Below, one piece after another: positions 48,096-58,010 of a DNA stretch of 64,000 nucleotides. The DNA is taken from contig JBIJBE010000007.1 in assembly GCA_044345405.1 (NCBI GenBank), positions 37,813-101,812 of the forward strand. The letters are read 5' to 3'. The stretch comes from Bdellovibrionota bacterium (GTDB lineage Bacteria; Bdellovibrionota_C; UBA2361; OMII01). Position 1 is the first letter of the stretch. The number at the start of each line of letters is the position of its first letter. The translations under genes were made by a program, and so were the position numbers. The notes under the pieces were generated by a model. The model did not search any database. It saw only the letters and a list, made by a program, of their open reading frames with translations, and was not told the DNA's origin.

Positions 48096-49232
48096 ATGAG
48101 TCGGTTCTCTCACTTCCTGACAGCGTTTTCGCAGACCAAGCTCGCGATCCTCGTAGACGATTTAAGCGCCTCAAGAGCCGCTCTCATCGCTCCCGCGGAG
48201 GAGATAGACGCCTCACAGATAAATCGAATCCTCACCATCTCAGGTGGACTCACCTTTGTCGCCATATCACCAGAGCGAGCGACGGCATTCCTCCTCTCGA
48301 GTATGGCGCGCCCGTCAACATCCGAGCGCTCGTCCCTCCCAACCTCTCAGACTTCACAGTATGTGTCGGTTGAGGCGCGAGAGGGAATCACAACGGGCAT
48401 CAGCGCCGCTGATAGAGCGAAAACCCTTCAGATCCTAGGAGCCCGGGTTGCCCAACCTCGCGCGCTCGTAAAACCAGGACACATCTTTCCAGTGGAGACA
48501 CGCCCGGGAGGAGTGCTTGTCAAAACCGCAATCCCGGAAGGGGCGCTCGACATCGTGAAGATGATCGGAGCGACGGACGCGGCGCTCTTTGTCGATCTCC
48601 TTGATGAGAGCGGAGATATCATGAACGAAGCTCAAGCGGAGCAGTGCGCGCTCAAGGAGCAGCTCCCGCTCGTCACCCTATCGGAACTCATCCGCTACAG
48701 ATTACAAAAGGAATCTCTTGTTCAGCGAGTGGCGGAAGCGATGCTTCCGACAACGCTCGCGGGTGAGGTGCGGGCCATCGTGTACCGTTCACAGATTAGC
48801 GACAGTGAGCACGTCGCTCTTGTGAAGGGAGATGTCAGCGGTGATACTCCAGTGTTGGTACGTGTTCAGGCGGAGCACACCATTCCGGATGTGTTCGGTG
48901 GGTCTTCGCCGGCGACCCGCGCGCACCTTCAAAACTCGCTCAAAGAGTTTGGCGAGCGTGGACGCGGCGTTCTGCTCTATCTACGACGACCGTTTATGGA
49001 TCCGAAAGGAAACTCCATGCAGCGCCTCAAAGAACCCACCCCATCATCCTCCGCGACGATCATGCGCGAGTATGGGGTGGGAGCCCAGATCCTGCGAGAT
49101 CTCGGGGTAACTCACGTGGAGCTCCTGACATCCTCGACACATCTCCTTGAGGGACTACCAAGCTTCGGCATAACAGTCGTCGCTCAACATCCGATTCCGC
49201 AACACCTTCCAACTTCAGGGCATACCGTATGA
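48096..49232 (+). CDS. RibBA-like protein (DHBP synthase + GTP cyclohydrolase II folds) lacking catalytic motifs
   Basis: TTGISAADRAKT, KPGHIFPV, EHVALVKG, VLVRV, EYGVGAQILRDLG retained; ENEGD, GHTE and Zn-binding Cys motifs absent. Confidence 0.85.
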   Translation: MSRFSHFLTAFSQTKLAILVDDLSASRAALIAPAEEIDASQINRILTISGGLTFVAISPERATAFLLSSMARPSTSERSSLPTSQTSQYVSVEAREGITTGISAADRAKTLQILGARVAQPRALVKPGHIFPVETRPGGVLVKTAIPEGALDIVKMIGATDAALFVDLLDESGDIMNEAQAEQCALKEQLPLVTLSELIRYRLQKESLVQRVAEAMLPTTLAGEVRAIVYRSQISDSEHVALVKGDVSGDTPVLVRVQAEHTIPDVFGGSSPATRAHLQNSLKEFGERGRGVLLYLRRPFMDPKGNSMQRLKEPTPSSSATIMREYGVGAQILRDLGVTHVELLTSSTHLLEGLPSFGITVVAQHPIPQHLPTSGHTV

Positions 49233-50485
49233 GTGACATCACATTCGCAGACGTCGTTCACCAATCCGTCTCGTTCTCAAAGAGCGACCCCGCTGAAAAC
49301 CTGATCCTTCATCTGATGGACACCCGCTGGTTCCAACGGCTCCGTGACATCAGTCAAACCGCGAACACCAAGCTGGTGTACATGTTTTCCGAGCACTCTC
49401 GCTTCGGGCATTGCCTGGGGGTCGCGTACCTCGCGAAGCTCGCGCTCAGCAAGCTGAGCAAAAACTTCCCCGAGGATGTCGCGACGTATCGTCCGGGCAT
49501 CCTTGTCGCCGCGCTCCTTCACGACATCGGACATCTCGCCCCAGGCTCACACACAGCCTTTAAGACCTGGTTCCCCGGTCAACCGGACGTGCACGAGGAG
49601 CTCGCCGAAACTGTCCTCACACAAGATCCAGAGATCTCCACACTCCTTCGAGAGTTCGATCCGAACCTCGGTCGGACAGTGCTGAATATCCTTGAGGAGT
49701 CGGACTCCGTTCCTCCGTGGACATGGCAGATCATCTCAGGTGGTGGGTGGAACGTAGACCGAGGGAACTGGTCAACGGTGGATAGCGTGCTCGCCGGTGT
49801 CAGCTACGGAAAGTACAACATTCCCGCCCTTGTTGATTCCATCCTTATCACCAAGGACAAGCAACTCGCTCTCATGGAGAACCGACTCGACGCGATGTTA
49901 CACTTCATGGTGTCGCGGCACGCGATGTACCGACAGATCTATCAGCATCGAGTCCTGCTCGCGGCGGATATGCTCAATAAAGCGGTAGTGCAACGAGCTC
50001 GGGATCTAGGGTCTAAGCTAGAGTTCGCCGACGACGTCATGCAACAAGCGCTCGCCGCGAAGTCGGCCACAGATCTAACCCTCAACACGATGTTCGAGAT
50101 GCGAGAATCGTGGTGGCGCTACCACATGGCGCGGTGGAGTCGTTCACACGACGTGATCCTAAGAGATCTCAGCGATCGAATCCTCCATCGAAGGCTCTTC
50201 AAGACGGTCCGCGTTATCGACTCGTCGACCCGAAGCCAGATGATCTCGGAGGCGACGAAGGCGCTTGAATCTCTCAAGATGGATCCGAAGTACTACCTCC
50301 ATGAGATCACGACAGCGGATGTGCACTCAGGCGATTCTAAACAGTCGATGCTGGTGCAGCTCGACAATGGACAGGTCGTTACCTTAAGTGAGGCGGACTC
50401 TCTGATTCGTTCGATGTCCGCGAACTCGGTCCAATCACAACGCTCGTGGCTCGCGATGCCCGCTGAAGCAAAGCGACTTCTTTAG
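49229..50485 (+). CDS. HD-domain phosphohydrolase (SAMHD1/dNTPase-like family)
   Basis: FQRLRDISQ, HSRFGHCLG, ALLHDIGH, VDR, RHAMYRQIYQH, RRLFK; ATGA overlap with the upstream gene. Confidence 0.88.
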   Translation: MSDITFADVVHQSVSFSKSDPAENLILHLMDTRWFQRLRDISQTANTKLVYMFSEHSRFGHCLGVAYLAKLALSKLSKNFPEDVATYRPGILVAALLHDIGHLAPGSHTAFKTWFPGQPDVHEELAETVLTQDPEISTLLREFDPNLGRTVLNILEESDSVPPWTWQIISGGGWNVDRGNWSTVDSVLAGVSYGKYNIPALVDSILITKDKQLALMENRLDAMLHFMVSRHAMYRQIYQHRVLLAADMLNKAVVQRARDLGSKLEFADDVMQQALAAKSATDLTLNTMFEMRESWWRYHMARWSRSHDVILRDLSDRILHRRLFKTVRVIDSSTRSQMISEATKALESLKMDPKYYLHEITTADVHSGDSKQSMLVQLDNGQVVTLSEADSLIRSMSANSVQSQRSWLAMPAEAKRLL

Positions 50486-50496
50486 GATCCACACCC

Positions 50497-51447
50497 GTGA
50501 ACGCCCAGCAAATACCTCGCTCCCTGTACATCGGCTCATGGGTCTTGGTCGCGTACACCGTTCTCATCATTCTGTGGGGCGCGTGGGTTCGGCTCTCAGG
50601 ATCTGGCGATGGGTGTGGCGATCATTGGCCGTTGTGCAACGGAGAGGTAATTCCATTAGAACGTGTCGCGAAAACCTGGGTGGAATACTCTCATCGAATC
50701 TCCACCGCGCTGTACGGACTACTGATACTAGGCCAGATCTGGCTCTCTCGGAGATACTTCGCTCGACGCCATCCAGCTCGATTCTGGGCGCTCATGACCC
50801 TCGTGTTTACCATAACCGAGGCGCTCATCGGCCGCCAACTCGTTAAAGCAGGGCTCGTTAACGAGAGTACGGATCTCTCGCGACTCTTCGTTATGCCGCT
50901 CCACCTCGTTAACACCTCACTCCTTCTCTTCTCGGGAGTGATGACCGCCGAAAGCATCCGCTACGGAGATCTCCCGCGCCGGCTTCTCTCTCCTGAGATA
51001 AAGAATCGAGGCGCGTTGTACATCGGAGCTCTCACAATCATACTCATCACCGGAGCGATCGCGGCCCTCGGATCCCACCTTATGCCCTCGGAGTCACTCC
51101 TTCACGGGTTGACGCACGATCTCGCCGCGGATGCTCATCCAGCGGTGCGACTCCGTATTCTTCATCCACTCCTTGCGCTGGCTCTTCCCGTGGGGATGCT
51201 CCTCTTCGCGCAGCTTCCTCATGTCTCAGCACCCGAGTCCTCGCAAACTCTCTGGTTCAAGCGCCTCTCCATCGGCCTCGTCGTAGCCCTGCTCATAGGC
51301 GTTGCGACCCTCTCGCTCCTGGCTCCGGTGTGGCTCAAGTTAACCCATCTTCTTATGACCAATGTGTTGGTGATTCTTGCGTCACTGTGCGTGTTTCATT
51401 CACTCAGACCAGTGCCTACGCCCCGCAAAACGGAAACGACGGTTTAA
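50497..51447 (+). CDS. ctaA: Heme A synthase (COX15/CtaA)
   Basis: GAWVRLSGSGDGCGDHWPLC, EYSHR, conserved His in TMs. Confidence 0.88.
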   Translation: MNAQQIPRSLYIGSWVLVAYTVLIILWGAWVRLSGSGDGCGDHWPLCNGEVIPLERVAKTWVEYSHRISTALYGLLILGQIWLSRRYFARRHPARFWALMTLVFTITEALIGRQLVKAGLVNESTDLSRLFVMPLHLVNTSLLLFSGVMTAESIRYGDLPRRLLSPEIKNRGALYIGALTIILITGAIAALGSHLMPSESLLHGLTHDLAADAHPAVRLRILHPLLALALPVGMLLFAQLPHVSAPESSQTLWFKRLSIGLVVALLIGVATLSLLAPVWLKLTHLLMTNVLVILASLCVFHSLRPVPTPRKTETTV

Positions 51448-51641
51448 TATTAGACATTCTCGAGGATAATAGGCGCTCAACTCCCTATATCCCGGCCTTC
51501 CCGAACGCCATTCGCATCAAACTATCGTAGGGATCGTTGTGCCACCGCCAAGGGGGACCCGATTCCCGTCCAAACCAAGACACATGAGGTCGCTTTTGCT
51601 ATCATTTGCCCAAACTTTTTAGAGAGTTGGCTTCATCGCTT

Positions 51642-53441
51642 ATGAACGATCCAAAGCAAAACGGTACGCTCACCTCCATACTGACTCTCGCTCGGGCGAC
51701 GTGGGAAGCGACCCACGGAGATCGTGTCCGATTCTTCGGCTTCATCATCCTCTCCGTTCTCGCCTACAGCATCGACCTCGTCGTCCCATGGGCGATCGGC
51801 TGGATCCTCAACGTGTTTGTCGCGCAAGGATTCACGCAAGCGGCATTTGATGAATCATTGAAGTACATGGCGGCGTACGTTGTGCTTCGGATGTCGATGA
51901 CAACCTTCCACCACCTCGCTCGCTACCTTCAAGGCACCTGCGCGTACTCAGCTCGCTTTAACAAACTTGAGGAGGTATTCGGCGCGCTCGTGGCGTTCCC
52001 GCTCAAGTGGCACGTGCATCACCACTCCGGAGAGAACCTCAGCAGATTGAACCGATCCGTCGGCGCAATCGAAGGCGTTATCAATAACTACCTCTGGCAG
52101 ATCGTTGACGGCATGGTGAAGTTCTTCTTCGCTACCTTCGCGCTCTTCACCCTTGATTTTGAGGTGGCGATTACGGTTCTGATCATGGGCTTTGTGACCG
52201 TCGCGATTATGCTCCTCTTCAATCGTCGACTCACCAAGAAATGGCGCAGCAACAATCGATTCTTCGATAAGCTGAACCGAACCTGCGTTGACTACCTCTC
52301 GAATATCATAACCGTGAAGACCCTGAGGCTTGAAAAGCCCGCCCTCACCTACTTGATGGATCAACGCAATGAGGGATACCGCCTCTGCCGAAAGATTTGG
52401 AAATACCAAGAGCTTAAGTGGGGAACGATCAGCGCGGGTTACAGCCTTGTAATGGGCAGCTCGCTCTTCATCTTCTTTCGAAACCATATCGGCGATAACG
52501 CGGCGTTCGATGTCGCGCAGGTGTACGTGTTGTTGAACTACCTTGATCGAATCTTTGGAGCGATCACCTCATTCACCGGCTACTATGGGGGCATTATTGA
52601 GGCATCGCTCGCCTACGATGACGCCTCATCCGTTCTGAACGAGTCGAACGAACTCAAGATTCCGCTACGCCCATCCACCCTTCCTCGTTCGTGGGACGCT
52701 CTCGGGTTAGAAGATGTGAAATTTTCATACGGCGGCGATACCCAGAATCTTCGGGATGTCTTCATGAGCCTTCGTAAAGGCGAGAAGGTAGCTCTTGTGG
52801 GACCGAGCGGTGGCGGCAAATCCACCTTGCTCAAAGTGCTCTCCGGCATGCTTGCGGCGAACTCAGGAACGGTGACATCCACTGATGGCCATCGCTACAC
52901 CCTCGATGATATCGCCGACATCAGCCTCCTCGTTCCTCAAGAGCCCGAGGTATTCTCGGAATCGCTTCGGTACAACCTGAGCTTCAACCAAGATTTCTCG
53001 GACCAAGAGCTGATGAAAGCTCTTGAGTTATGCAAGATCGATCACCTCCTTCAAAAACTTCCGAGCGGCTTGGACAGCACATTGGAAGAGGCCGGTTTGA
53101 ATATCTCAGGAGGAGAGCGTCAACGACTCGCGCTCGCTCGAGGCATCCTTCGAGTGCCGGGCAAAGATATTTTGCTCTTGGATGAGCCGACATCAAGTCT
53201 TGATCCACTCACTGAAAAACAGATCTTCGCGAATATCCTCAACGAATTTAAAGAACTCACCGTTGTGACGGCGTGCCATCGCCTTGCGCTCGTACCGTTG
53301 TTTGATACCGTTGTGTACATACGCGACGGTCGAGTGGAAGAGATCGGTTCATTCCCAGAGTTGCGCGCCGCGGGCAGAGGTTTCTCCGCGGCGTGGGCGG
53401 ACTACGAACGCACCGTCGTAAAGGTTGAGCCACATGTTTAG
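51642..53441 (+). CDS. ABC exporter, fused TMD-NBD half-transporter
   Basis: 6 TMs; GPSGGGKST, ISGGERQR, LLLDEPTSSLD, H-loop. Confidence 0.92.
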   Translation: MNDPKQNGTLTSILTLARATWEATHGDRVRFFGFIILSVLAYSIDLVVPWAIGWILNVFVAQGFTQAAFDESLKYMAAYVVLRMSMTTFHHLARYLQGTCAYSARFNKLEEVFGALVAFPLKWHVHHHSGENLSRLNRSVGAIEGVINNYLWQIVDGMVKFFFATFALFTLDFEVAITVLIMGFVTVAIMLLFNRRLTKKWRSNNRFFDKLNRTCVDYLSNIITVKTLRLEKPALTYLMDQRNEGYRLCRKIWKYQELKWGTISAGYSLVMGSSLFIFFRNHIGDNAAFDVAQVYVLLNYLDRIFGAITSFTGYYGGIIEASLAYDDASSVLNESNELKIPLRPSTLPRSWDALGLEDVKFSYGGDTQNLRDVFMSLRKGEKVALVGPSGGGKSTLLKVLSGMLAANSGTVTSTDGHRYTLDDIADISLLVPQEPEVFSESLRYNLSFNQDFSDQELMKALELCKIDHLLQKLPSGLDSTLEEAGLNISGGERQRLALARGILRVPGKDILLLDEPTSSLDPLTEKQIFANILNEFKELTVVTACHRLALVPLFDTVVYIRDGRVEEIGSFPELRAAGRGFSAAWADYERTVVKVEPHV

Positions 53442-53450
53442 TAGGTTGTA

Positions 53451-55121
53451 ATGTCCACCCCGATTGATCGTAACGTCATTCGACGTTTCATCACCTTAGC
53501 GTCGCCGTTCTTTCGGTCCAACATGCGTTGGCGCGCTATCTCTATGGTTGGGCTCCTCTTAGGTCTCTCATTGACCATCAACGGGGTAGGTGTGGTCATG
53601 AGCTACATCGGTCGTGATTTCATGACCGCCCTACAAACCAAGGATTCGCCGCTCTTCTATTGGAAACTCAGCGAGTATCTCCTGGCGTTCGTCATCGCGA
53701 CCCCGATCGTCGTATCTTACAGTTATACGGAACAACGGCTAAGTCTCTTGTGGCGACGGTGGCTCAGTCACCACATCCTCGCCCGATACTTCTCTGACCG
53801 AGCGTACTACAAATTGAATCTACGGGGAGACATTGACAACCCTGACCAACGTATCGAGGAGGATGTTCGTTCTTTCTGCGCGCAAAGCCTCACCTTCTGC
53901 CTTATCTTCTTTAACTCCACGGTGCAGCTCCTCCTCTACGTCTACGTGCTCGGTTCAATCTCGGTTTCTCTCCTCGTCGCGGCGGTCGCGTACTCCCTCA
54001 TCGGGTCGGTCGTAACGTATTTCCTTGGACGCCCCCTTATCGGTCTCAACTTCACGCAACTTAAAAAGGAAGCGGACTACCGATACAAATTAATTAATGT
54101 CCGTGACAGCGCGGAGTCGATCGCGTTCTATGGCAGAGAGGCTCGCGAGTTCACACGAACTCGTCAGCGACTCAAGTCCGCCCTGAACAACCTTTTACAG
54201 GTGATTAACTGGAATCGTAATCTGCAGTTCTTCACGACCGGGTACAACTACATCCTCACCATCTTGCCCACAGTATTCGTGGCACCCCTCTTCTTCGCCG
54301 GCCAGATCGAGTTCGGCTCCGTCATTCAGGCCGGCGCGGCGTTCGGTTTCGTTATCAACGCGCTCTCCATCGTGGTCAACCACTTTGGTAACTTGAGCGT
54401 ATTCGCGGCCGTCATCAATCGTCTCGGCACATTCTGGGAAGCCCTTGAAAAAGCGAATGAGCCCGTCTCTCCAGGCGAAAGGATTAAGGTAACGACTGGA
54501 AAGGACCTTATCTTCCGCAACGTCACGATCCTTACGCCTCGCCGGGAACAAGCACTGGTCAAGGGACTCTCGTTCACCTTCCATGGAAAGTCGCTCCTGC
54601 TGTCAGGCCCGAGCGGAAGCGGAAAGAGCTCTATCCTTCGCGCGGTCTCGGGTCTTTGGGAGACCGGCTCAGGGACGATTATTCGACCGGACCTCTCGAA
54701 CGCGCTCTTCCTTCCACAACGCCCCTACATGGTGCTCGGTTCCCTTCGCTCCCAGCTCACCTACGGCATTAGGGGGCGAGTGCTCCTAGACCGAGAGCTT
54801 CTCTCGGCCCTTGAGTTGGTAAGACTCACCGAGATGTACAACCGAGTTGGAGGCCTCGACTCCGTCCTCGATTGGCCAAACATCCTGGGAACTGGAGAGC
54901 AACAACGACTTGCCTTCGCGCGACTTCTCCTCATCAAGCCGAACTTTGTGTTCCTTGATGAGGCCACAACGGCGATGGATAGAGCGATTGAACAAGAGCT
55001 CTATCGCATACTACCAAACTATGTGGAACGTTGGGTGAGCATCGGCAGCAACGCCGACTTGGCGGAGTTCCACGAACACACGCTACAACTGAAGGGGGAC
55101 GGCTCATGGCAGTACGAGTAA
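53451..55121 (+). CDS. ABC half-transporter of the YddA/BclA/Rv1819c (ABC_membrane_2) type
   Basis: IDNPDQRIEED, EADYRY, AESIAFY, GPSGSGKSS, FLPQRPY, LGTGEQQRLAFAR, FLDEATTA. Confidence 0.92.
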   Translation: MSTPIDRNVIRRFITLASPFFRSNMRWRAISMVGLLLGLSLTINGVGVVMSYIGRDFMTALQTKDSPLFYWKLSEYLLAFVIATPIVVSYSYTEQRLSLLWRRWLSHHILARYFSDRAYYKLNLRGDIDNPDQRIEEDVRSFCAQSLTFCLIFFNSTVQLLLYVYVLGSISVSLLVAAVAYSLIGSVVTYFLGRPLIGLNFTQLKKEADYRYKLINVRDSAESIAFYGREAREFTRTRQRLKSALNNLLQVINWNRNLQFFTTGYNYILTILPTVFVAPLFFAGQIEFGSVIQAGAAFGFVINALSIVVNHFGNLSVFAAVINRLGTFWEALEKANEPVSPGERIKVTTGKDLIFRNVTILTPRREQALVKGLSFTFHGKSLLLSGPSGSGKSSILRAVSGLWETGSGTIIRPDLSNALFLPQRPYMVLGSLRSQLTYGIRGRVLLDRELLSALELVRLTEMYNRVGGLDSVLDWPNILGTGEQQRLAFARLLLIKPNFVFLDEATTAMDRAIEQELYRILPNYVERWVSIGSNADLAEFHEHTLQLKGDGSWQYE

Positions 55122-57793
55122 GCCCTCTTGGCCGGATATGTGGCTCGATTCTTGGCGTAGGGGCGTTAGCGCTCGCGTTGAGCGGTATGATATCTACAGC
55201 ACGCGCTCAAGACTCCAACATCCAGTCATACCTCTTTGAGGATTGCGAAAAAGCGACTGAAACGTTCGCCAAGCTTTCTCCAGAGGGAAAGTCGGGATTA
55301 GTCGATTATTTGACGCGTGTCGTAGCCCTGAATACTCAAGCACCCGCCGCTCCTGAAGCCTTCGCCGTCTTACCGAACGGCAAAGGCATGGAGCCCAATC
55401 CGCCGGCGTTGTGGCAAACAACAGACGCGAAGCGAGAGCTCCGCGGAAAGAGATGCGCCTTAGAGCTCTTAACCCTCGCGGGTCCTCTCGCGTTCAACGC
55501 CGCGCCCCAACTCACGTCGCTGTACAGCGAGCAGGCGTTGAGCGACGAAATCGCGGTTGGAATAGAGGAAACATCTGCGACTATCGCTGAGCAGGCGCAC
55601 CGAAATGGGCAGGTTCCAAGCGACGCGATCATGGACAAACTTATCGGTTATCTGACGAGCGAGCGACCTCTCGTCACGCAAAACTTCTTGCATGAATACC
55701 TCTCCCTCTCGTTACCTCGGGTACTGACTTATCTCTCGACGCTCCAGCAAGAAGACGCCAACAAAGTTGCCGCCTTTTTACGAGACGCCGATCCGGATGG
55801 TAGTCGCGCGATGCGAGCGTTTGTTGAACTCGCGCCAAAATTAACTGTAGAGAACGCCAATCGGCTCGCGTCCTACCTTCCCTTTCCATCCAAAGAGGCG
55901 ACCTCCCCTCTCGTAAACGACTTCGCCCGTCTCGCCTCGGAACCAACCAACGGCGCGAACGTGACCGCGCTCCTCGGTAAGAGTTGCGCGGCCCTCGGCG
56001 GAATTTTCATCGATCCCATGCTATCCGCGACCCTCGGCCGCAATCCTTCACTCTTGAGAAACTCCGCGATGCCTGAAGACGAGCAACGATGCCTGGTGAG
56101 CTCGGTATCATCGCTCGCGAACTCTCTTCTCTCGCTCCTCACGAGTTCGCAGGAAAACGATCAACGACGAGCCCTATCGCTTCTCCCTTCAGCGTTACCG
56201 CTCGTTGATAACGAGAGGAAGACAGCGCTATTCCTGAAAGTGAAGGAGCTGGCCTCAGATCCGTCAACTCCGATTCGGCCAGAAGCTCTGCGAGCCCTAA
56301 GCCTCTTCACGGAGAGACGTTCAGACGGTCACGCCATCTTGTTGGGCGTTCTGAAATCATCTCTTTCTGAAAAGCGAGACACACGAACCGACACCATCAT
56401 CGACGCGACCTGTCAAAGCGCCGCAACCTTGAATACACCGAAAGAGTTGAGTCGCTACTCCGCTCTTGTGATGGAGGGGGTTAAAAAGGGAATAACCCTC
56501 CCGGGTGTGATGGCGCTCGCCGCGAAGATCGACTCGCTCCAGGGACCGCTCGTGGCGTTGATCGCTCCCTCGAATGTTGAAGTATCCAAAGCGATTATCG
56601 CAGGCTTGGAGACCAGAAAAACCCTTGCAAAGACCTCTTTAACGGTCATCGCGGAGGCTTTGCGCCATCCTCAACTCTCCGCCGCGGCGGAGGGCCTACT
56701 CATCAAACAGGGCACCTCCATCGTTCCATTACTTCGAAAGACCCTCCTCAAGAGTTCATCGACGCAACGTCTCGGCATCTTGGCCCTCCTTGAGGTATTC
56801 GGGGCGGCGTCCAAGACGGAACGAATCGAGCTGTTGAACACGTTGGTTGCGACGAATTCCTGCGAGGCTCTCCATGCTCGTCCCGTGGCGGTACAGAATC
56901 TCTTACAGAGTACCGATACCGACAAAGCTCTTCACGATCAATTCATCACTAAAGTTGTATCCTGCTTGTGCACCTTTGACAGCTCCGCGGGAACTTCACT
57001 TGTGCGAACGTCAGGGTCGATCCTTTTCTCGGATCCAAGTAACGTCACCTCCGTTCTGACCAACCGCAAGGAATGCGATCGCGTGCAACCTGATTTGATC
57101 GCGTTGACAGAGGCGCCATCCGCCCCTGAGCCAATTCGAGCCCACCTCATCACCAAGCTCGTGGAACTTGGAGATCGAAAGACGATCCAACAGGTCCTCT
57201 CCTCACTCTCTCGAAAACATCCCCTCGCAGAACAAGCCCTCCCCGCTGTGCGCTCGCTCGCGGAGTCGATTCGAAACGATCAGGAGCTCGCGTACCTCGC
57301 GGTGTTAGCGCTCGCGCGTTTGGGAGACACGCAATTTGACTGGGGTCGATTCGTCCATGACACCATCGACATGCCGGAGTCGACCCCTAACTTTCAAACC
57401 GCTCTAGAGATCATCAAGACACTTCCCCCAGAGATCGTTCTCGCCGAGGTAACACCAGCACTCGACTCGGACAAGCCGAGCCATGTCGCCGGGGCGTGTC
57501 GAGTTGGGGCGACCCTCGGCCCACTCGCGATTCCGATAGTATCCAAGGTTTGGAACCTGCGAGAGAGGAGGTCCCCGGAAATCAAGTACTCGGCTATTTT
57601 GGCTCTGTTGGAGATCAATCCCCTCACACCTGATCTCCATCAGGGACTTCGCGCGATCCTGGTCAATCGATACTACGCAGCCGCGCTATCCAGACCCATC
57701 AAATGGCCCCAGAGCGTCGCTGTCGTTGACCTCGACAAGTCTACCTTCGGGACCCTCCGAACGGTTCATTTAGAGCGCCTCCTGCTCAAATAG
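55106..57793 (+). CDS. Large exported alpha-helical (HEAT/ARM-like) hypothetical protein
   Basis: Signal peptide ending TARA; Leu/Ala-rich helical repeats (ALRALSL, AVLALARLG, AILALLEI); start overlaps the upstream ABC gene end. Confidence 0.7.
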   Translation: MAVRVSPLGRICGSILGVGALALALSGMISTARAQDSNIQSYLFEDCEKATETFAKLSPEGKSGLVDYLTRVVALNTQAPAAPEAFAVLPNGKGMEPNPPALWQTTDAKRELRGKRCALELLTLAGPLAFNAAPQLTSLYSEQALSDEIAVGIEETSATIAEQAHRNGQVPSDAIMDKLIGYLTSERPLVTQNFLHEYLSLSLPRVLTYLSTLQQEDANKVAAFLRDADPDGSRAMRAFVELAPKLTVENANRLASYLPFPSKEATSPLVNDFARLASEPTNGANVTALLGKSCAALGGIFIDPMLSATLGRNPSLLRNSAMPEDEQRCLVSSVSSLANSLLSLLTSSQENDQRRALSLLPSALPLVDNERKTALFLKVKELASDPSTPIRPEALRALSLFTERRSDGHAILLGVLKSSLSEKRDTRTDTIIDATCQSAATLNTPKELSRYSALVMEGVKKGITLPGVMALAAKIDSLQGPLVALIAPSNVEVSKAIIAGLETRKTLAKTSLTVIAEALRHPQLSAAAEGLLIKQGTSIVPLLRKTLLKSSSTQRLGILALLEVFGAASKTERIELLNTLVATNSCEALHARPVAVQNLLQSTDTDKALHDQFITKVVSCLCTFDSSAGTSLVRTSGSILFSDPSNVTSVLTNRKECDRVQPDLIALTEAPSAPEPIRAHLITKLVELGDRKTIQQVLSSLSRKHPLAEQALPAVRSLAESIRNDQELAYLAVLALARLGDTQFDWGRFVHDTIDMPESTPNFQTALEIIKTLPPEIVLAEVTPALDSDKPSHVAGACRVGATLGPLAIPIVSKVWNLRERRSPEIKYSAILALLEINPLTPDLHQGLRAILVNRYYAAALSRPIKWPQSVAVVDLDKSTFGTLRTVHLERLLLK

Positions 57794-58010
57794 AGTCCCT
57801 AGAGAGCTCAACCCAAGCGCCAAAAAACACCCCCTCTTATTGTGTCGGAAGACCCTGTATTTGTGTATAGTTGGGCGGGAATCAGGGAGCCGTCTATCAG
57901 CCCCGTTTTTGGTTCCCCTGTGGGTATCCTCGAACCTCCTGAGACAAGGGTGGGGACGCAGGGCATCCCGCAATAACGATTGAACGCGTAGTCCCAGTAG
58001 GTGTAGCAGA

